Assembly (NCBI GenBank): GCA_037138355.1
Contig: JBAXIL010000015.1
Span: 1 to 37,714, forward strand
Source of the DNA: a bacterium
Lineage (GTDB): Bacteria > Oederibacteriota > PGYV01 > Palsa-1178
Length of the DNA: 37,714 nucleotides
Direction: 5' to 3'
Of the stretch, positions 9,219 through 17,227 are shown one piece after another. Position 1 is the first letter of the stretch, and each line of letters begins with the position of its first letter. The notes below the pieces were generated by a model. It made no database searches. It worked only from the letters and a program-made list of their open reading frames with translations, and was not told the origin of the DNA. Position numbers and translations under genes: made by a program.

Positions 9219-10148
9219 CTACAAGACCGTTTTCTTCATTTGTATATTCATATCTGTCTGTCGGTCTTTTAAAGTTGCGGAAGTTATAAAACCATAAAGC
9301 GTTCCTGTCCCATATGCTATATGCAAAAGAAAGAAATTAACAAAAGCCAAAAGACCGTCTTTCGCTTGTCCAGTTTTTATACCAATTAAAGCAGAAAAAA
9401 TAGCATTAAGGACTATATAAATAATCAACGGAAATAAACCCATGCCACCTAAAAGCAAGCCTGTTAAAAGATATATGACAAAGAACGCTGGGACATAGTT
9501 GATAAGTCCGCTCAATGAAAAATTGATAAAAGATTGTTCTGTCCTACCCCTTCCATAATTAAAACATTGCTTAATAAAACCAGCAAAATCATTTCTTTTG
9601 CTTCTATAAATAAACAAATTTGGATCATGTGTGATTTTATAACCGTGTTCTATTACACGACTTAGAAATTCATTTTCTTCATTTGGGTAAAGTTTTTCAT
9701 TAAAACCCTGTAGCTCTTCAAAGATACTCTTTCTAACAAACATATTACTCAAAATAATTTCTTTTTCATCACTTTCCCTAACAGCACCAAACTGCCTATA
9801 TCTAAGTGAACTTTTTCCAGCAGCAAAAACACTGGAGAAAACCGCTCCAAAGGATTTTTGTAAAACAGAATCAGTTTTTGGACTCAGCTCAGGTCCACCC
9901 AAAACAGCTGCACTGGGATTAACATCAAAATAACTTTCTGCTTTTTGCAGAATCCCTGCAGGTAAAACTGAATCATCGTCTACAAAGTATATTATGTCTC
10001 CTGTGGCTTCTTTGACTCCAGCATTGCGCTGATAAGATGGGTTTTTACCCTCTACAAATATTATTTGAGAACACTTATTCTCACCTATATTTGAGATGAC
10101 AGTATTTTCCTTTGTAATATCTCTAAGTGCGCATACTATTGTAATCAA
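9219..10148 (-). CDS. GT2 family glycosyltransferase with C-terminal membrane segments
   Basis: NPSYQRNAG, IYFVDDDS (DxD), GFNEKLYPNEE, KQCFNYGRGR, hydrophobic C-terminal helices. Confidence 0.88.
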   Translation of the reverse strand: MITIVCALRDITKENTVISNIGENKCSQIIFVEGKNPSYQRNAGVKEATGDIIYFVDDDSVLPAGILQKAESYFDVNPSAAVLGGPELSPKTDSVLQKSFGAVFSSVFAAGKSSLRYRQFGAVRESDEKEIILSNMFVRKSIFEELQGFNEKLYPNEENEFLSRVIEHGYKITHDPNLFIYRSKRNDFAGFIKQCFNYGRGRTEQSFINFSLSGLINYVPAFFVIYLLTGLLLGGMGLFPLIIYIVLNAIFSALIGIKTGQAKDGLLAFVNFFLLHIAYGTGTLYGFITSATLKDRQTDMNIQMKKTVL

Positions 10149-10855
10149 ATCATTTTTTCCTTTTTCATATATTGTAAGAACTCTCTTAAGTTTTTAACCA
10201 TATGTGTATTCTTTTTAGCAGTGTGAGAAAACGAAAACTGTGCATTTAAAGTTGGTCTGGATAGCCAAACTACCGCAAGACCTGCTTTAGCGGCACCTTG
10301 CACATCAGCTATATAATTATCTCCAATAAAAATAAACTCATTTTTTTTTACACCTGTTTTCGTTAAAGCAATATCAAATATTTTTTTGTGAGGTTTTTCC
10401 ACGCCTTCCACTTCGGATATTACCATGTGGTCAATATACTTTTTCAAACCAGCTCTATCAAGTATGGCTTCCAAGCTTGCTGAAGCATTTGAAATAACAC
10501 CAAGAATAATTTTTTTTGACCGCAGTTCTTTTAAAACCCCAAGCACTTCTGGGTAAGCCCTAAAGCTCGTACCATTTTTAAGACAATTTTTTATATGCTC
10601 CAAAAGACATTTGTCCCTAACCTTTAACTTTAAAAGAACATCCTTCAAAAAATAATCCCACTTAGCCGAATCTGTCATTATTGCTTTCTCTACTATTTTT
10701 TTCATATTCTTTGCAGTCTCTTCTATCGCAATACTTATCTTATCAATTTTTATCTTATAACCAGCTTTTTTAATCAATCTCGAAACAATTGCCACAAGTG
10801 AAGGATTTCTGTGTATTAGTGTCTCACCAGCATCAAAAAAAACAGCTTTTATCAT
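10145..10855 (-). CDS. HAD-superfamily hydrolase (subfamily IA)
   Basis: FFDAGETL motif I, GVISN motif II, EKPHKKIF motif III, IGDNYIADVQGA motif IV. Confidence 0.92.
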   Translation of the reverse strand: MIKAVFFDAGETLIHRNPSLVAIVSRLIKKAGYKIKIDKISIAIEETAKNMKKIVEKAIMTDSAKWDYFLKDVLLKLKVRDKCLLEHIKNCLKNGTSFRAYPEVLGVLKELRSKKIILGVISNASASLEAILDRAGLKKYIDHMVISEVEGVEKPHKKIFDIALTKTGVKKNEFIFIGDNYIADVQGAAKAGLAVVWLSRPTLNAQFSFSHTAKKNTHMVKNLREFLQYMKKEKMI

Positions 10856-11520
10856 TATTTCTTTAGTCCTTTTTTGCCTGCATCTATAATCACCTTTACT
10901 ACTTCTTCTGGGGTAGAGACCACATGAAATATATCTAATTCATCAGGAGAGATATAGCTGCCTTTTATAAGTTTTTTCTTCATCCATTCCAACATTCCTT
11001 CCCAATATTCTTTATCATAAAGTACTATAGGAAATGGCTTTATTTTTTTGGTCTGTATGAGAGTAGCCGCTTCAAATACTTCATCCAAGGTGCCAAAACC
11101 TCCGGGAAAAGCCACAAAGGCAGAAGCGTATTTAACAAACATTACTTTTCTTGCAAAAAAGTACCTGAACCCCATTTGTATGTTTGCGTACTTATTTGGG
11201 CTTTGTTCATTAGGTAATTCTATGTTCAAACCGACAGAAGTGCCTCCTGCCTCATGAGCCCCTTTATTTGCGGCCTCCATTATTCCATGTCCCCCGCCAG
11301 TAATAATTGCATATCCTTTTTTGGCAAGAAGCTTTGCAGTTTTTTCTGCATCCTTATAATTTTTATTACTACTATGCTCTCTGGCAGATCCAAATACAGA
11401 CACTGCATTTTTAATGTCTCCCATTGTTTCAAAACCATCTACAAATTCCGACATAATTCTAAACATTCTCCAAGAATCATCTGCAATGTTCTCAAGCACA
11501 TACTGCTCGCGATAACGCAT
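10855..11520 (-). CDS. LOG family (TIGR00730-like) Rossmann-fold nucleotide phosphoribohydrolase
   Basis: VSVFGSAR, ITGGGHGIMEAAN, FRYFFARKVMF, PGGFGTLDE. Start placed at ATG 11520, downstream of a GGGGG RBS. Confidence 0.92.
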   Translation of the reverse strand: MRYREQYVLENIADDSWRMFRIMSEFVDGFETMGDIKNAVSVFGSAREHSSNKNYKDAEKTAKLLAKKGYAIITGGGHGIMEAANKGAHEAGGTSVGLNIELPNEQSPNKYANIQMGFRYFFARKVMFVKYASAFVAFPGGFGTLDEVFEAATLIQTKKIKPFPIVLYDKEYWEGMLEWMKKKLIKGSYISPDELDIFHVVSTPEEVVKVIIDAGKKGLKK

Positions 11521-11544
11521 TGTCAAACCCCCAGTGATAGTATT

Positions 11545-12807
11545 TTACTCACTAAATATTTTCATTTGTTCGCTTTTCGATTTATTTTTAAAGTGTTCCA
11601 TATCCCTAAATATACTTATTTTGCCAAACTGTCCGTCAAAACCTGGTATCACATTTACCTTTTCTTGTCTTACTCTCAATATTGCTTCCGCTATTTTTTC
11701 ATCCGTAATTAAAAGCAACTCTTCTTTGCTACGGTCCATTAAAATTTCAAATTCCGTGCCACCTTTGATAAGCATTCGTTCATACTCACCTTGAACCTTT
11801 TTACTTGTTGCTGCAACTTCTTTACTATCAGCTATTATTTCCTGAAGCTGTATTAAATGCTTTTGAGGTATTGCATTTGCTGGTATATAATTCTTGGGTC
11901 TATCAGCAAGCTGTTCTACTCTGTGTAGGACACCCAGCGTTAATGGTTTATGACACACAGGACATATATTTTTAATTTTTATGGCAGCTTCTGGATGTAG
12001 CGATACTCCACAAGCAGTGTGTCCGTCATAAAAATATTTTCCCTCTTCTGGGAAAAACTCTATCGTGTATTTGAATCTTTTTGGATCTTTTTTCTCTATC
12101 ACATTTTTAATTTCATAATAATCCATTTTGCAATCAAACACATTTGCTTCCCGTCCTATTTTTGAAGGCGAATGAGCATCCGAATTTGAAAGCAAAGTTA
12201 TATTATCTAAAGCAGAGATTCTCCAGTTTGCTGATGGATCTGAAGAAAGCCCCGTTTCTATAGCCCTTATATACTTTGCTTGGGGACCGAAACACTCTTC
12301 TATAGAATCAAAACCTGACTTGGAACCAAACAAAGAAAACCATGGCGTCCATACATGAGCTGGAATTACCATCGCATCAGGAGTTATATCAAAAGTATAT
12401 TTTACCAAATCCTGCGCAGAAAAACCAAATATTGGTCTACCATCCGACGCCGTATTTCCTTTTTCAGATAATAGTTTTGAAAACTTTTCTGCATCTTTTA
12501 AAGTAGGCATTACTATTAGTGTATGGATTTTTCTTACTTTTCCATCTTGTTTATATATATTTGAAATCTCTGTAGCTAAGACCACACGCGCCTCAGTTTT
12601 TTTATCTTTCAACCTATATAGTCCTGGTTCTGCTTCTCGTAACTTATTTTTTAGTTCACCAAGATAGGCGGGATGTTGAAAATCCCCACAGGATATTATA
12701 TTTATACCTTTTTTATCAGCCCAACGAACAATCTCTGCGATGTTCATATCCTTTGAAGTAGCGCGTGAATATGCTGAATGTATGTGAAAATCCGCAATAA
12801 CCCTCAT
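11545..12807 (-). CDS. Endonuclease Q family protein (PHP domain plus Zn finger, YqxK/TIGR00375-like), stand-alone
   Basis: ADFHIHSAYSRATS, DGRP, PAHVWTPWFS, ETGLSSD, SNSDAHS, GKYFYDGHTAC..CPVC..GVLHRV, PGFDGQFG. Confidence 0.9.
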   Translation of the reverse strand: MRVIADFHIHSAYSRATSKDMNIAEIVRWADKKGINIISCGDFQHPAYLGELKNKLREAEPGLYRLKDKKTEARVVLATEISNIYKQDGKVRKIHTLIVMPTLKDAEKFSKLLSEKGNTASDGRPIFGFSAQDLVKYTFDITPDAMVIPAHVWTPWFSLFGSKSGFDSIEECFGPQAKYIRAIETGLSSDPSANWRISALDNITLLSNSDAHSPSKIGREANVFDCKMDYYEIKNVIEKKDPKRFKYTIEFFPEEGKYFYDGHTACGVSLHPEAAIKIKNICPVCHKPLTLGVLHRVEQLADRPKNYIPANAIPQKHLIQLQEIIADSKEVAATSKKVQGEYERMLIKGGTEFEILMDRSKEELLLITDEKIAEAILRVRQEKVNVIPGFDGQFGKISIFRDMEHFKNKSKSEQMKIFSE

Positions 12808-13307
12808 TAAAGCTCCTGTTTTATCATTTTTTTTATAAAATTTCTGTGACCTATAAAACCAATAAACGGCAACTTATTAAATTCAAAGTACTTGGCAGCT
12901 TCTGCGTCATCTCCTGCCTGCAAAGTACCTGTCGCACCAGCTACTTTTATTGCTATTACCAAAACGCTCCCAAACACATTAGACTCATGCGTGGCTATAT
13001 CAAAAAAACATGCTTTCTTAGCTTTTAATCCAGTTTCTTCTCTTAACTCCCTAAGCCCAGCTTGTAATATGCTCTCGCCTTGGTCCATAAAACCACCAGG
13101 CAGCGCCCAAGTACCTTTCATAGGAGCTAATTTTCTTTTAACCAGCAATACCTGTTTATCTTTAACTACAATCACCGCTACTCCAGGAGCTGGATTATTA
13201 AAAAAATGTTTTCTACAAGTACTACAATATTTTAATTTCATACCGTGGCTTTTATCAAATGTCAGGAGACGACCACAGTGTGGACAAAATTTAAATTTGA
13301 GCTTCAT
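12807..13307 (-). CDS. NUDIX hydrolase with N-terminal zinc ribbon
   Basis: FCPHCG..CSTC; Nudix box GGFMDQGESILQAGLRELREETGL; AGDDA. Confidence 0.92.
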   Translation of the reverse strand: MKLKFKFCPHCGRLLTFDKSHGMKLKYCSTCRKHFFNNPAPGVAVIVVKDKQVLLVKRKLAPMKGTWALPGGFMDQGESILQAGLRELREETGLKAKKACFFDIATHESNVFGSVLVIAIKVAGATGTLQAGDDAEAAKYFEFNKLPFIGFIGHRNFIKKMIKQEL

Positions 13308-14503
13308 TCAAACTTCCCGAAGGTTTTCTTTCCTGCTTTAAAAGTAAAAGGCATATCAGTTTTCTTTATCATAAGTTTAAAATCATCTACTTTTTTTTCA
13401 TTTAAGTAAAAGCCACCTTGTTCCACCATACGCCTTGCATCAGAATTCGTAGTTACAGCTTTTACTTCTTTCAATATATCAGCTATTGTTATTTCAGCTG
13501 TAGAAAAATTCCAGGAGTATTTATGGGCATCATACGGTATATTTTTATCAGCCCCAAAGGACTTTTCAAAATATTCCACTGCGCTTTTTGCGGCAGCTTC
13601 ACTTATATATTTACTCACTATAGTAAAGGCCAAGCTCTTTTTTATATCCCTTGGATTGGTGCCTTCTTTCATAGCCGTTTCCATAGCAGCTATTTCCGCT
13701 AAAGGAATATCTGTTAATAATTCAAAATAATTTCTTATCAAGTCATCAGGTATTGACATCACCTTGCCGAACATATCTTCAGGTTTATCATTTAAAGCAA
13801 TATAATTATTAAGTGATTTGCTCATTTTATTTTTTCCATCAAGCCCTAAAAGTATAGGTGTAAACAATCCCACCTGCGATTCTTGTCCTGATTCACGCTG
13901 TAGAAATCTGCCAGCAATAACATTAAACCGTTGATCAGTTCCACCTATTTCTATATCCGCCTTTATCATAACCGAATCATAACCCTGCATTACTGGGTAA
14001 AGCATTTCCAAAAGCGATAATGGTTTTCTTTCCTTGAAGCGCTTTTCAAAAGTATCATGCTCGAGCATTTGTGCCAGGGTAAACTTAGAAACAAGGTTTA
14101 AGGTCTCGGCAAAAGATATTTTTTCAAACCAAGTTCCATTAAATACAATCTCCAACGCATCTGCTTTTAATATCTTATAAACTTGTTCCTTATATGTTGT
14201 CAAGTTTTGCATAATCTGTTCACGCGTGACAGGCGGTCTGCCAGAACTTTTCCCACTTGGGTCTCCGACCATTGCTGTGTAATCACCTATAATCAAAATC
14301 ACTTTATGTCCTAAATCTTGAAACTGCCTCAATTTATTTAGTGCCACAGTATGACCAAGATGTATTTCAGAAGCCGTAGGATCTATGCCGAGTTTTATAG
14401 TCAGTGGCGTACCCTTTTTCAATTTTTTTACAAGATCTTCTTCAGTGACTATATCAACAACGCCTCTTTTTATTATCTTCAGTTGGTCTTCAACGCTTTT
14501 CAT
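13304..14503 (-). CDS. tyrS: Tyrosine--tRNA ligase
   Basis: GIDPTA, HLGH, YPVMQGYD, GGTDQ, KMSKS, C-terminal S4-like domain. Confidence 0.97.
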   Translation of the reverse strand: MKSVEDQLKIIKRGVVDIVTEEDLVKKLKKGTPLTIKLGIDPTASEIHLGHTVALNKLRQFQDLGHKVILIIGDYTAMVGDPSGKSSGRPPVTREQIMQNLTTYKEQVYKILKADALEIVFNGTWFEKISFAETLNLVSKFTLAQMLEHDTFEKRFKERKPLSLLEMLYPVMQGYDSVMIKADIEIGGTDQRFNVIAGRFLQRESGQESQVGLFTPILLGLDGKNKMSKSLNNYIALNDKPEDMFGKVMSIPDDLIRNYFELLTDIPLAEIAAMETAMKEGTNPRDIKKSLAFTIVSKYISEAAAKSAVEYFEKSFGADKNIPYDAHKYSWNFSTAEITIADILKEVKAVTTNSDARRMVEQGGFYLNEKKVDDFKLMIKKTDMPFTFKAGKKTFGKFE

Positions 14504-14565
14504 TTATTCCCTCCATTTTAATTTAGGCAATAACTCTTTTTAAATAACCAGCAGGTCACAAGTGC

Positions 14566-16122
14566 TCAATGCCTGAAATGCCTTGTTCCTGTAAAAATCA
14601 TAGCTATTGAGTGTGTATCTGCCGCTAAAATAGAATCCGTGTCTCTCACAGAACCACCTGCCTGAATTATTGCTATAATTCCTGCTGCCGCTGCCGCATC
14701 CACATTGTCACTAAATGGGAAGAAAGCATCCGAAGCAAGTACTGCTCCTTTTGCCCTATCTCCTGCATTTTTTATTGCAATGGCAACAGCGCCCACTCTA
14801 TTTGTCTGTCCAGGGCCTATGCCTATCGCCACTCCGTTTTTCGCAATTACTATTGCATTTGACTTCACATATTTACAGACCTTCATTGCAAACTCCATAT
14901 CTTTTACTTCTTGTATTGAAGGTTCTCTTTTTGTAACAACTTTCATTTCTCCTTCATCCACCATTTTCATATCTGCTTCCTGTACAAGCAAGCCGCCAGT
15001 TACTTTTCTTATGTCCATATATTGTATGCCCTTGCCTGATGACTTTTTTAATTCACCACATTTCATAATTCTTATATTTTTCTTTGTCTTTAAAATTGCT
15101 AAAGCTTCTGCATCATAATCAGGAGCAATTATTACTTCCATAAACATTTTTTCTACCTTGTCCGCTATTCCTTTTGTGCACTGCCTGTTCAAAGCACAAA
15201 TCCCACCATAAGCAGATAGAGGATCGGCTTCGTAGGCCTTCACATAAGCATCTGTAATATCAGAATTCACAGCCACTCCACAAGGATTTGCATGTTTTAT
15301 GATAACTGCTGCTGGCTCATCAAAAGCTTTCACTATTGCCAGAGCCGCATCCATATCATAGATATTATTAAATGATAATTCCTTTCCGTGCAATTGTTCA
15401 CAGTTTCCTGGACCTGTTTCCGGAAAGTCGGGAAATACATAAAAAGCAGCTTTTTGATGTGGATTCTCGCCATAACGCATACCCTGTTTCTTATCTGCAG
15501 AAATAATAATCCTGTCAGAAAGTGAATCAACAGCAAGCATATGCGTCTCAAGATAATTGGAAATATATGCGTCATAATCTGCAGTGGTTTTGTATGCCTT
15601 AACTCTCAAATAATTTAATGTTTCTATTTTCACACCACCTGATTTCATTTCAGCAAGCACTGTTGGGTAATCCACTTTATCGGTCAATACCACAACTGAT
15701 TGAGCATTTTTTGCTGCCGACCTTATCATAGACGGTCCGCCGATATCTATGTTTTCAATGACTTCTTCAATAGATATGCCAGGTTTTTTTATTACCGTTT
15801 TAAATGGGTATAGATTTATAACGACCATATCTATTTCCTGTATGCCGTGCTTTTTAATAGTTTCCATATGTTCTTTATTATCGCGTAGTGCAAGTAATCC
15901 ACCATGAACTTTTGGATGAAGGGTCTTTACCCTGCCATCTAACATTTCCGGAAAACCTGTAATATCAGAAATATCCAGCACATCAAGTCCTGCGTCCTTA
16001 AAAGCTTTCTTCGTTCCGCCTGTAGATATGATTTCAACTCCCATTGCTTTTAGTTCCTTAGCAAACTCTATAATGCCTTCTTTGTCTGAAACACTGATTA
16101 AAGCGCGTTTTACTTTAAGCAT
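14566..16122 (-). CDS. purH: Bifunctional AICAR formyltransferase / IMP cyclohydrolase
   Basis: RALISVSDK, GRVKTLHP, IDIGGPSM, RYGENPHQ, IKHANPCG, KSNAI, ASDAFFPF, FTGTRHFRH. Confidence 0.98.
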   Translation of the reverse strand: MLKVKRALISVSDKEGIIEFAKELKAMGVEIISTGGTKKAFKDAGLDVLDISDITGFPEMLDGRVKTLHPKVHGGLLALRDNKEHMETIKKHGIQEIDMVVINLYPFKTVIKKPGISIEEVIENIDIGGPSMIRSAAKNAQSVVVLTDKVDYPTVLAEMKSGGVKIETLNYLRVKAYKTTADYDAYISNYLETHMLAVDSLSDRIIISADKKQGMRYGENPHQKAAFYVFPDFPETGPGNCEQLHGKELSFNNIYDMDAALAIVKAFDEPAAVIIKHANPCGVAVNSDITDAYVKAYEADPLSAYGGICALNRQCTKGIADKVEKMFMEVIIAPDYDAEALAILKTKKNIRIMKCGELKKSSGKGIQYMDIRKVTGGLLVQEADMKMVDEGEMKVVTKREPSIQEVKDMEFAMKVCKYVKSNAIVIAKNGVAIGIGPGQTNRVGAVAIAIKNAGDRAKGAVLASDAFFPFSDNVDAAAAAGIIAIIQAGGSVRDTDSILAADTHSIAMIFTGTRHFRH

Positions 16123-16175
16123 AAAATCCTCCGTGTAATTTATGAGTTAGCACCTGTATCACAGTGCCTTTATTC

Positions 16176-16526
16176 TTACTTTTTCTTTAAACTCTTTTTG
16201 AAATCTTCTAAAATTTCCTTACCTCGTTTAAGATCTTCCTTGTTAATTATTATTGTGCCATATGATTTCTTATTAAAAAAACTCAAGTTAATACCTGTGT
16301 GTGGCAATATATTACTACGAACAAAACTATAAATACCACTTGCTGTAAGCATGGCTGTTAGGGCTCCTGCTTCCACATCATTTTGTACTTCTGCCAGCTC
16401 CGACACTTCTATATCAGGCAAATCGCCATCTTCTTCAGCAGGAAGTTCGGCAACTAAATCTGCCCCACAGTCTTCACACTTCAACACACCTTCTTTATAC
16501 TCATATAAACAATTAGGACAAAACAT
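16176..16526 (-). CDS. Small protein with zinc ribbon and DUF2007-like (putative signal-transducing) domain
   Basis: MFCPNC..EY..G..CEDCGADLV followed by NDVEAGALTAMLTASGIYSF..IIINKEDLKRGKEIL; GAGG RBS. Confidence 0.75.
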   Translation of the reverse strand: MFCPNCLYEYKEGVLKCEDCGADLVAELPAEEDGDLPDIEVSELAEVQNDVEAGALTAMLTASGIYSFVRSNILPHTGINLSFFNKKSYGTIIINKEDLKRGKEILEDFKKSLKKK

Positions 16527-16534
16527 TTGACCTC

Positions 16535-17158
16535 CTATTTATTTATAATTACTCTACCATCTTTTATCTGAAGTTTATCAAGACAATACAACCCTAAAGC
16601 TTCAGCATATAATTCATGCTCAAACTTCAGTATTTTTTTCTGTAAAGATTCAGGAGTATCATCAGTAGCTACGGACACTGTTTTCTGCAATATTATTGGA
16701 CCGGTATCAGTTCCGTAATCAACAAAATGAACCGTACACCCCGACACTTTAGCCCCTTGAGCAATCACAGCTTCATGAACATGCATGCCGTACATACCTG
16801 GGCCGCCAAAAGCTGGCAATAGCGCTGGGTGAACATTCATTATAACTCCATGAAAATTATCAAGAAATACTTTTGTCAAGATTCGCATATACCCAGCCAA
16901 ACAAATAATATCTACAGAAAGTTCGTTCATTTTTTCAGCAAGGACTTTATCATATTCTTCAGAATTAATGTAATCCGACTGCTTCATATAAAGAGTTTTT
17001 ATATTATGCTTTTTAGCGCGTTCCAAACCAAAAGCATCTTTTTTATTAGAAAAAACAACTTCTATCTTTCCGCCCTTTATCTCGCCTTTTTCTATAGCGT
17101 CAATTAAGGCTTGAAGATTTGTTCCACCACCAGACACAAATACCGCTATTCTTTTCAT
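16535..17158 (-). CDS. purN: Phosphoribosylglycinamide formyltransferase
   Basis: Start moved to ATG 17158 (AAGGAG RBS). RIAVFVSGGGTNLQA, LAGYMRIL, NVHPALLP, SGCTVHFV..DTGPII. Confidence 0.97.
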   Translation of the reverse strand: MKRIAVFVSGGGTNLQALIDAIEKGEIKGGKIEVVFSNKKDAFGLERAKKHNIKTLYMKQSDYINSEEYDKVLAEKMNELSVDIICLAGYMRILTKVFLDNFHGVIMNVHPALLPAFGGPGMYGMHVHEAVIAQGAKVSGCTVHFVDYGTDTGPIILQKTVSVATDDTPESLQKKILKFEHELYAEALGLYCLDKLQIKDGRVIINK

Positions 17159-17186
17159 AAAACTCCTTGGTTTATATACTTTTCGG

Positions 17187-17214
17187 TATTTAAAAACATC
17201 TTTATGCATGTCAA
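17187..17214 (-). promoter_or_regulatory. Possible internal promoter for purN-purH
   Basis: Perfect TTGACA, a 16-nt spacer and a weak -10 (TAAATA) in the short gap upstream of purN. Confidence 0.35.
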
Positions 17215-17227
17215 ATAATAGTAATTG

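Noticed and set aside
14504..14565. T-box leader for tyrS
   Set aside because: The 62-bp gap is far too short and has no T-box motif.
16123..16175. ZMP/ZTP riboswitch upstream of purH
   Set aside because: The gap is only about 50 bp with one small hairpin, and I could not see the riboswitch consensus.
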